DNA from: Elainellaceae cyanobacterium
GTDB taxonomy: Bacteria > Cyanobacteriota > Cyanobacteriia > CAKZMO01
NCBI GenBank assembly: GCA_050331115.1
Contig: JBHJHD010000011.1
Location: 9,034-73,033 of the forward strand
Direction of reading: 5' to 3'
DNA: 64,000 nucleotides
A program made the position numbers and the translations under genes. The number at the start of each line of letters is the position of its first letter. Position 1 is the first letter of the stretch. Under the pieces are notes generated by a model that worked only from the letters and a program-made list of their open reading frames with translations, had not been told where the DNA came from and made no database searches. This document shows positions 1 to 7,773 of this stretch, piece by piece.

Positions 1-1274
1 GGGCCTTTATTTACCCCTTTTTCCTGGCGTTTTTGTACTACGTCTTGCAGCGGGCTATGCTGCCTGCCCTACTCGCCATCGTGCTGCAGGGGCTCTTTTA
101 CCCCCAGTGTTTATTTCTCTCCTCTGGGGTCCTGGTGCTGCGGCTGCTGGAGTGGCGGCAGGGGCTTCGGCTGTCGCGGCAGCGGCCAGACTATGTGCTG
201 TGCGTTGCGGGGCTTGGGATGGCTTTTATCATGCTGCTGCCCTATGCCCTCAAGATTTCAGACTATGGTCCGGTGCTAACGGTGGCGGAAGCGCGATCGC
301 TGCCGACCCTGGAGGGGGACGGGCGAAAAAACTTTTTCTTTGACAACCCGCTTAAGTTTTGGCTGTGCGGCGAGCGCTCGGGCATCTTGCCCTACAGCTG
401 GTGCAAGTATGAGCGCCCCCCGGAGCTGTGGGCGAGCCTGCTGCTACCGCTGCTGCTGTGGCGATCGCGGCGAGCCAGTCAGAATACCCTAGGGCATAAG
501 GTAACGCCCGATGTGGCGCTGCTGCTGCAGGTAATTGCGGCATCGGTAGGCATGTTCTTTCTGGCCCATGCCCTGCTGTTTCGGCTGCATCTGCCGAGTC
601 GCTACATCAAGCACAGCGTGCCCATGGTGGTCACCATTGCGGCGGGCGTTTCCCTGGTGCTGCTGCTAGAGGCTGGGCTGCAGTGGGCCAAGCGGCGGCG
701 ATCGCGGCAAAATCTTGCGGCTCTGGGCGTTGTGGGGCTGGTAGGCCTCTACAGCTTTGGCTATCCGCTGCTCATGGATGAGTACCCCAACCCCGACTAT
801 GTCGCTGCTCAAAGCACATCCATGTATGAGTTTCTAGCCCGTCAGCCGAAGGACGCGCTAGTGGCCTCCCTTTCGGACCAGGCTAACAATATTCCGGCCT
901 TGGCGAAGCGATCGGTGCTGTCGAGTTCTGAAACCGCTAACCCGTACCATTTGGGGTATTATCGGCAGATTCAGGCGCGGACAGAAGACCTGATGGCGGC
1001 TCAGTACAGCGTTACCCCGTCGGTGGTTAGGGATTTTGTTGAGACCTACGGCGTCGATCTGTGGCTCGTCGACGCCAACGCTTTCGAAGCGGAGTATATT
1101 TCCCAGAACCCCTGGCTAAGGCAAATTCAGCCGACCGCAGATGAGGCGAGGCAGCGGCTGAGCCAGGGACAAAGGCCGCTGCTCGAAACGCTAATCCGCC
1201 CCTGCCGAGCGTTTCGAGGGCAGGGGCGGATTATTCTCGACGCTCAGTGCATCGTCGAGCGTCTCTCAGAGTAG
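1..1274 (+). CDS. Multi-pass membrane protein, 5'-partial (possibly GT-C-fold glycosyltransferase-like)
   Basis: The frame stays open back to the window edge (AFIYPFFLAFLYY...). Several hydrophobic segments (e.g. LAHALLFRLHLPSRY) are followed by a soluble C-terminal region. The family assignment is tentative. Confidence 0.6.
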   Translation, partial: AFIYPFFLAFLYYVLQRAMLPALLAIVLQGLFYPQCLFLSSGVLVLRLLEWRQGLRLSRQRPDYVLCVAGLGMAFIMLLPYALKISDYGPVLTVAEARSLPTLEGDGRKNFFFDNPLKFWLCGERSGILPYSWCKYERPPELWASLLLPLLLWRSRRASQNTLGHKVTPDVALLLQVIAASVGMFFLAHALLFRLHLPSRYIKHSVPMVVTIAAGVSLVLLLEAGLQWAKRRRSRQNLAALGVVGLVGLYSFGYPLLMDEYPNPDYVAAQSTSMYEFLARQPKDALVASLSDQANNIPALAKRSVLSSSETANPYHLGYYRQIQARTEDLMAAQYSVTPSVVRDFVETYGVDLWLVDANAFEAEYISQNPWLRQIQPTADEARQRLSQGQRPLLETLIRPCRAFRGQGRIILDAQCIVERLSE

Positions 1275-1334
1275 CCCGCTGGATGAAGCGGCTGGCTTGT
1301 CTGGCTCTAGGCGTCTGGCTTTAGGCGTCTGGTG

Positions 1335-1538
1335 CTAGGCGTCTGGGCCAAAGCCTTCCCAAAGCTCCGCCTGATGGGGCGTTACAATAACTTCGTCTTC
1401 GGTGACAGTCTCGGCAGCGGACGGGCTCATCAGGTAGACCCGAGCGGCGGTGTAACCCACCACAAAAGTAGTAAAGGCCGCGGCTAGACCGAGCGCTATT
1501 GTTTGGTCAGCTGAAGCATGCGTAGAGTTGTAGGTCAT
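1335..1538 (-). CDS. Small single-TM hypothetical protein (67 aa)
   Basis: ATG preceded by GAGG, one hydrophobic segment (IALGLAAAFTTFVVGY) and an acidic tail. Confidence 0.6.
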   Translation of the reverse strand: MTYNSTHASADQTIALGLAAAFTTFVVGYTAARVYLMSPSAAETVTEDEVIVTPHQAELWEGFGPDA

Positions 1539-1585
1539 GAGATACAGCCTCGATTGGGTAACTCAAGTATTATCGGGGCAATTCT

Positions 1586-1599
1586 GTAACAACTGCTAC
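1586..1599 (-). promoter_or_regulatory. Putative NtcA site (GTA-N8-TAC) over the promoter of the 67-aa ORF
   Basis: The minus strand reads GTAGCAGTTGTTACA, with a -10-like GATAAT at 1574-1569. Confidence 0.4.
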
Positions 1600-1977
1600 G
1601 CTTTTAGGTTTTTTTATTAATTGAGTTACTGTTCTACATATCCAACTACACCCTTAAAAGGAATCGCTCTGCAGCGGTGGAATCGCCTGCTCTACCAGAG
1701 ATACGGGTAAGTCAGCGCGGTGGGAGACGATGCCGTGACCAACGCCGGCAATCAGGCCTAGAATAGCGGAGAGGACTATCAAGTTCATGGCGTTCCTTAC
1801 GGCGTAACTGGGTTAGGAAGGGCTGAAGCCTGCTTTACAAACGCGTGAGCAGGCTCCGCATTAGGCTCTCAGCTGCGGGGCGTCGATTCTGTAGCCGGAT
1901 TTACATTTCGCTATGCCTGCCCCTGCACCGATGCCAATAACGCATAGGCTTAATACAATTTTTGCAAGGCGCTCTAC

Positions 1978-2547
1978 ATGAATACTCCGGCCCACGTGGT
2001 CTTGAATTTGCTGTTCATCGGTCGACAGGATCAAACCGACGTCCTGCTGCCGGTTGTCATTGGCGGGCTTTTACCAGATTTACCGATCTTCCTGTTCTAT
2101 GGCGTTGAGAAGCTCAAAGGTACGCCAGAAAGGGTAATTTGGCGGCAGGCCTACTACGAGCCCGGGTGGCAGAACTTTATCGACCTATTTAATTCCGTTC
2201 CCCTCGTGCTGCTGGGCCTAGGGCTGGCGCTTTGGCTCGGCTCGCGCTCTAGCGTACTGCTGTCTATCAGCATGCTGCTGCACATCGCAGGAGATTTGCC
2301 CCTGCACCACAACGACGGGCACCGCCACTTTTTCCCGCTGTCGAACTGGCGCTTTGAAAGCCCTGTGTCTTACTGGGACCCCAATCACTACGGCGGCATC
2401 GTCACCGTCATAGAAATCCTGGCGGTGGTTGCGGGCTGTGCCCTGCTGCTCACCTGCTACCACTCCTGGGGCTGCCGCCTGGCGGTGGGGGTGATTGGGG
2501 CGCTCTATGCGGCCTACTTTGCCTACGTGCTCACCGTTTGGGCCTGA
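1978..2547 (+). CDS. Membrane-bound metal-dependent hydrolase-like protein
   Basis: MNTPAH, GGLLPD and LLHIAGDLPLHHNDGHRHFFP His/Asp motifs within hydrophobic helices. Confidence 0.65.
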   Translation: MNTPAHVVLNLLFIGRQDQTDVLLPVVIGGLLPDLPIFLFYGVEKLKGTPERVIWRQAYYEPGWQNFIDLFNSVPLVLLGLGLALWLGSRSSVLLSISMLLHIAGDLPLHHNDGHRHFFPLSNWRFESPVSYWDPNHYGGIVTVIEILAVVAGCALLLTCYHSWGCRLAVGVIGALYAAYFAYVLTVWA

Positions 2548-2588
2548 TAAGTTGAGTAATGGCGCGGCGTCGCCTCATGGGCCATAGC

Positions 2589-3893
2589 CTAGAGGCCGAA
2601 GGCTCGTTTTGCGTCGGCCAGCTTCACGCTCCGGTCTGCGAGGCCATTGACGCCGCCGTTAATCACCCGCGTCACCGCGACCACGTCATCAGCATTAGCA
2701 AGGGTGTTTAGGCGTCTAGAATCCCAAAACCAGCCCGCACTTCGGGCCGCGAGCTCGTCTTCAGTCAGCCGCGTGGGCTGGTTCACTAGCTGAGTTCCTA
2801 GACCTAGACCGGTGCCGCAGGCCGTGTAGTTAGCTCGCCCGGTAATTTGAATCAGGCCCCGCCCCTTAAACCGAGGCCCGTCCCCCGGCACGACGTTGCC
2901 CAGGTCGAGCCGCCCTTCGTACTGGGTGCCGTCTGAGAGCTCTTCCACAAACCGAAACTCTCCAGACTCGTGGGCGAGCTGCGCTAGAAAGTGGGCCTGC
3001 TGCAGGGGACGGGTGATGCCGAACTCGGCCATAGTCAAGTTGAGTGGCCCTACAAATCGACGCAGCCGAGACAGTGATGCGTTGGGGGCAATTCGCCGCA
3101 GCTGCGCTTCGGTCACTTCAGCTAGGCGGGGAAAAAGTCCCTCGTAGGGCAGACGGCTGAAGGGGCGGGCGGGTAGCCTCACCACGCCTCGCCGCGTGGC
3201 AATGACCCGGATGGCATTGTCGACCACGGCGTCTTGGGAGCCCAGGCGATCGCCGTCGATCTGCTCGACAAAGAGCTTCAGCGTATCCGCTGCCCGCGCC
3301 CGAAGCTGCGGAAAGCCCAGCCGGCGCGGCAGCACAAATAGCCCCTCATAGGGCAGCCGACCTTGAGGACGCGGGGGCTGACCGGCGAGGGCTCTTAGCA
3401 GGCTATCGGCCTCAGCATCGGCAGAAGTGGGCACTGAATCTGAAATTTGGTCGACGAGCTGCTCTAGGCGCTGGCCCGCGAGTCGGCGCCAGGTTACCAG
3501 CTGTAAACCGCTGACCCTAGCCGCGGTGTAGCCGAAGAGGCCTTCGTAGGCGTAGACTCCCACGGGCCGCATCAGCGGGAACCCCCGCAGAGCGCGAATC
3601 AAGGCGTCGGCCTGCTCATCAGCGGGCATTAGTCGATCGCCCTCTAGGTGCTCCAGGAAGAGTCTCACGCCGCCCCCGGCCCGCTGCCGCAGGTCTGATA
3701 GCGGGCGATCGCCAAAAATACCCACGTAGGGCGAACTGCCCGCTGGCCTTGACGCCTGGTTTGTCAGCGTCCTCAGCAGGTCATCGACCCGGTTATCGTT
3801 GGGGGACGCTGCTGTCCCAGCTATCGCGGGAATGAATCTTCCCAGCGCCCGCGCCGCGAGCATTCGCCAGGCAGTCAGTTGACGATTATCCAT
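2589..3893 (-). CDS. Glycoside hydrolase family 19 (chitinase/endolysin-like) with N-terminal repeats
   Basis: C-terminal FLAQLAHESG, YEGRLDLGN..PGDGPRFKGRGLIQITGRANY and VTRVINGG are GH19 hallmarks. Confidence 0.9.
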   Translation of the reverse strand: MDNRQLTAWRMLAARALGRFIPAIAGTAASPNDNRVDDLLRTLTNQASRPAGSSPYVGIFGDRPLSDLRQRAGGGVRLFLEHLEGDRLMPADEQADALIRALRGFPLMRPVGVYAYEGLFGYTAARVSGLQLVTWRRLAGQRLEQLVDQISDSVPTSADAEADSLLRALAGQPPRPQGRLPYEGLFVLPRRLGFPQLRARAADTLKLFVEQIDGDRLGSQDAVVDNAIRVIATRRGVVRLPARPFSRLPYEGLFPRLAEVTEAQLRRIAPNASLSRLRRFVGPLNLTMAEFGITRPLQQAHFLAQLAHESGEFRFVEELSDGTQYEGRLDLGNVVPGDGPRFKGRGLIQITGRANYTACGTGLGLGTQLVNQPTRLTEDELAARSAGWFWDSRRLNTLANADDVVAVTRVINGGVNGLADRSVKLADAKRAFGL

Positions 3894-4274
3894 GCTTCCC
3901 TGTCCTTGCCGCTGGCGCTAATGTAATCGAGAGAGATATCGGCTGACACATTTTTTGTTCAGAAACTATAATCCCAAACTATGAGAAACTTTGGAACCTG
4001 AGATTAGCGTGGGACAGGCCGCCGTCGATCTCGCCATCTTGGGACATCTCCACATGCTTAGCAGCGCTATTATGAGCGGCTGGACAAATTTTCTAAATTG
4101 TGCTGACTGACTTGCCCCCAATTCGAAGGGGTTATCCACGGCGGATATGCTCAAATACGCCGCTTTATCCGGATTGCTCTACTCAAATTTCCTGAGCTAA
4201 TTGCTTTGGCTAAATTACTTATCCCATACCGATAATTCACATCGATAGTACGTCATTGAGGAGAGAATAGACCT

Positions 4275-4757
4275 ATGACTCAGCGAATCCGTCAGCAGGC
4301 CCAGCAGGTTTGGCAGGCGCTATCCGGCGCAGATACGCGCCAGGCCTATGGCACCGCCGTAGCCCATACCTGGACCATCCTCAGAGAGAGTAGTTTGCTG
4401 CTTTGGCTGCTGGCCTGCCTAGTTCTAGTAGCGTTTGATGCCGGAGCAGCAACGGCGATCGCTGCCGGGCGGACTTCCCGCACCGTTATGGGTCGTCTTG
4501 GAGAAGCCAAGCCCGATGCGATCGCGGCGAACGCGAAGCAGACGCTGCTGACGGCCGGCAAAACCGGTCTGGCCAACACCCTCACCCAGGCGCGGGAGCA
4601 GCTCAGGCTGCCGCAGAAAGCCGTCGCCCAGCCTGCCACAGCGACAAGGCCAGAGGCAGCAGTAAAGCCAGGGGCAGCGCCCGCAGAAGAGACTGCGTCG
4701 GAGGTGACCCCAAGTACCGGTGCGACACCGGCAGCGGACAGCGCCGCGGCGAAGTAG
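4275..4757 (+). CDS. Hypothetical single-TM protein
   Basis: GAGGAG RBS upstream, TM segment LLLWLLACLVLVAF and an Ala/Pro-rich tail. Confidence 0.7.
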   Translation: MTQRIRQQAQQVWQALSGADTRQAYGTAVAHTWTILRESSLLLWLLACLVLVAFDAGAATAIAAGRTSRTVMGRLGEAKPDAIAANAKQTLLTAGKTGLANTLTQAREQLRLPQKAVAQPATATRPEAAVKPGAAPAEETASEVTPSTGATPAADSAAAK

Positions 4758-4867
4758 GTAGGAGATTAGCGCGGTGCTGAGGCGATGTCGATGGGGGCGA
4801 TCGCGCTGTTTTCCTGTAGGGTGACCGCTGCCGCTGCGCCGTCGGGGTTGAGCGTCACCAGCGCTAC

Positions 4868-4906
4868 GAAGACGAAGCGGCTGCCGGGGAGCGCCGCTTC
4901 GTCTTC
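4868..4906. terminator. Hairpin between convergent genes
   Basis: GAAGACGAAGCGGC...GCCGCTTCGTCTTC, a 14-bp inverted repeat. Confidence 0.55.
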
Positions 4907-4987
4907 CTCATCTTTGATAAATGCGGATGTCCGCTAGCTTTGTTATTGGCCATAATCCAAAGGCCTCGTATCGTTAGGCTCAGCGCT

Positions 4988-7234
4988 CTAGACAGCAGCC
5001 CCTTCCACCGGGTCAAAGCTCACATTGGACACAGCGCCGCTGTTCTCCAGGGTCACATCCAGACGGCCCACTGAGCTATTGCCTAGGGCTGTACCCAAGT
5101 GAATCGTCTGCAGCGCGTTGTTGTGCCCCATGGGAATGTCTATCACCTCCAGCACCGTGGTGTCGTTCTCTCCATAGAGCGTGATCGAGCTCTGGTCCTC
5201 TTCGTTATCTAGAATATCGACGCTTTCCAAGCTCACGCCGCCGTCAAAGTCAAAGCTGAGCGTGCCGCCCTGGGCGCTGTCGTCTGGGTCACTAGCGTCG
5301 CCATCCTCTGAAAGGATTAGCACTAGACCCAGGTCCTCTGACTGCAGATCGAAATCGCCGCCGGTCGGCCTTTCGCTGTCGAAGAGCATGGCAGGGGTGC
5401 GCTCATCGGCAGACGAAATCATAACCCCCTCAAACTGATCGCTCACCAGGGTACCCCCGCTCAGCCCTGGCTGGTCAAAATTCAGGCCGGGATCACCGGA
5501 CGCCGCGTCCTCAAAATCTGCGGGGGCGATCGCAAACTGACTGCGAACTTCGGGAACCCGCAGGGCAATATCGGGGTCCGCTAGCAGCGCCGCTTCGGTG
5601 TAGGGCTCTACGCCGTAGGTGGTCACCGTCAGCGCTTGCGTAGCAGGATCAATCGCAAACTCGCTCCAGCCGTAGTGATGGGCCGCGATATACTCCCCCT
5701 GCAGCAGCGTCGCGTCGATGTCGGAGTCCTCTAGCCCTATGGGGTCAAAGCCCAAGGGCGTCAGCCTAGCGTCCACGATCTCACGCACGTACTGGTTTTG
5801 GGCGTCTACCCCGGTGAGGCTCAAGTATTCAGCCTGGCTCTTGCCCTGAGCTTCTAAAAGCGCAGGTGGTGTAAAAGCAACGGTGGCGGGGCCAAACGGT
5901 GCGGCGAAGGTCTCGTTGAAGGGCTCCGGCAAGAACGGTACGGTAAGCTGAATGCCCACCGGGCCGATCATGACGTCCACGACGTCGGTGGGGATTTGCG
6001 GCCCGTCGAAGAAGGCTTGATAGGTAACGTTGTTGACCACATTGCCATGGAAGTCGCCCGTCACAAACACCACATTGTCGATGTCGTTCTCGCTGATGAA
6101 GCCCAGCAGCTCGGCCCGCTCGGCGGCGTAGCCCTCCCAGCGCTCCCCCGCCACGGGAACGCCGAAGTTTTGGATGGGCACCGTGGAAAAGACAAATTTC
6201 CAGGTAATACCGGCCGTCTCAGCCGCTAGCAGGTCTTGCTTAAACTGCTCTAGCTGCGCTTCTCCAAGCAGGGTGCGGCCCGGCTCAAAGGCGGATTTTA
6301 GGTAGGCCTGGATGTCTTCTTCGGGGGCGGCTTCTGAGATAAAGGGCAGCGGCGCGTCTCTAAAAGAGCGCAGGTCTAGGGTGTAGGTGGCCGCATCCCT
6401 ACCAAAGGTGTTGAAGCGGTAGAGCTGTTGCTCATTGGCCGTGCGCTCGTCGCCCGTCTCTCCGTAGAACAAGTCGCGGAGCGGCTTGTAGTCTTGAAAG
6501 GCGGTGAGGGCGTCCTCGAAAACCGGGGTGTCATTGACAAAGCCAATCTCGGCGTCGCCAAAGATTTGGTCTTCTTGGGGAGAGTCCGCCGGGGCCGCGC
6601 CGCCCGCAAAGTCGTTGGTGATTTCGTGGTCATCCCAAGTAGCGTAGACCGGGGTGGCAGCCCGCAGGGCAGCCCAATTGTTGACGCCGAAGCGCTCAGC
6701 ATAGATCTCAGCGTGCTTGATGCGAAATTCTTCTAGGGTTTGCGCCTGGGTGACTCCCGGCAGGGCCGCCGATTCGCTGTCGGCTTCCACGGTGTCTCCC
6801 ATCTGCACGAAGAAGTCTAGGTCGCGCTCCGGTACGTTGCCGATCGCTGGGTAGGGGCTCAGCTCTCCCTGCCAATCTCCCGAGACGCCAAACCGCAGTC
6901 CAGAATAGGTGCTTAGGGAGACGGCGGTACGGAACTGGCCAGCTTCCATCTCTCCCACCCGGTCAGTGACCCGATAAAAATACTGAGTCGCTGGCGCTAG
7001 GTCGACTAGCTCGGTTTTAATCGGCACCAGCGGATCGTCTACGGTTTCCGTTTGGGCGGCGACTATGGCGCTAAAGGCTGCATCTGTCGACAGCTCAAAT
7101 AGGACGTCCCCCGGGATGACGCTGCGGGTCCAAAGCACTGCCGCGTCGGTCGTAACGTCACCGGAGGCAACCCCGTTAGGCAAAGTGTCAATGATGCCTA
7201 AATCGAAATCGGGTTCACTGGGAGCATTTACCAT
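4988..7234 (-). CDS. phoD: PhoD-family alkaline phosphatase with an extra C-terminal acidic domain
   Basis: GVASGD..AVLWTR, QMGD, WDDHEITND, LDLRSFR, WEGYAAER and VTGDFH motifs. Confidence 0.9.
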   Translation of the reverse strand: MVNAPSEPDFDLGIIDTLPNGVASGDVTTDAAVLWTRSVIPGDVLFELSTDAAFSAIVAAQTETVDDPLVPIKTELVDLAPATQYFYRVTDRVGEMEAGQFRTAVSLSTYSGLRFGVSGDWQGELSPYPAIGNVPERDLDFFVQMGDTVEADSESAALPGVTQAQTLEEFRIKHAEIYAERFGVNNWAALRAATPVYATWDDHEITNDFAGGAAPADSPQEDQIFGDAEIGFVNDTPVFEDALTAFQDYKPLRDLFYGETGDERTANEQQLYRFNTFGRDAATYTLDLRSFRDAPLPFISEAAPEEDIQAYLKSAFEPGRTLLGEAQLEQFKQDLLAAETAGITWKFVFSTVPIQNFGVPVAGERWEGYAAERAELLGFISENDIDNVVFVTGDFHGNVVNNVTYQAFFDGPQIPTDVVDVMIGPVGIQLTVPFLPEPFNETFAAPFGPATVAFTPPALLEAQGKSQAEYLSLTGVDAQNQYVREIVDARLTPLGFDPIGLEDSDIDATLLQGEYIAAHHYGWSEFAIDPATQALTVTTYGVEPYTEAALLADPDIALRVPEVRSQFAIAPADFEDAASGDPGLNFDQPGLSGGTLVSDQFEGVMISSADERTPAMLFDSERPTGGDFDLQSEDLGLVLILSEDGDASDPDDSAQGGTLSFDFDGGVSLESVDILDNEEDQSSITLYGENDTTVLEVIDIPMGHNNALQTIHLGTALGNSSVGRLDVTLENSGAVSNVSFDPVEGAAV

Positions 7235-7773
7235 GTAGTAAGACCTCGCTCAAAGGAGCATCGTGGGCATTTAAGGCCTCTAAATCTCGGGCGGCAGGCT
7301 ATAAGCCTGTCCGAGAGCGGGTTTCGCTAATGCGTCAATGAAATGCACTAGGCGATGTGTCGATTGGCACCTAAATTTTTCATACCATACCGCCGCGGGG
7401 CGCGATCGCCATGTCGCCTGCCCCACATTGATCAAATCTGCTCGGTCAAATCTGTAGGGCTGTTCTGTAGCACTGTGAGCGGTCTGCAGGAAAGCGATCT
7501 GCAGGAAAGCAGGCTGTGGGAACTGGGCAGCAGGGAGACGAAGCCTCACGCCTTATGGGGATAAACCACAAATGTTATGCTAGGTAAAATCAAAATACCT
7601 GCGTTCATTTCTCAACCGCTGTACTGCTCCCAGTGCGGTTTTTAAGCGTGCTCTTTAGGCTAGATGCAGTTCACCTGACACCCCAACCATGATGCTTCAA
7701 CACCCCGTAGTCTCACCCTGTCCGAGATTGGAGGATTGCTAACAACCTACAGTTGTGCGCATCTAAAAACCTT

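Noticed and set aside
2589-3893. Prophage lysis cassette
   Set aside because: There is no holin, spanin, structural or integrase gene nearby.
3966-4154. 62-aa ORF (likewise the ORFs at 7280-7564)
   Set aside because: They have non-ATG starts, no RBS or motifs, and lie in probable promoter regions between divergent genes.
7260-7295. Pho (SphR) box upstream of phoD
   Set aside because: Only two weak TT(T/A)A-like half-sites are present and there is no third repeat.
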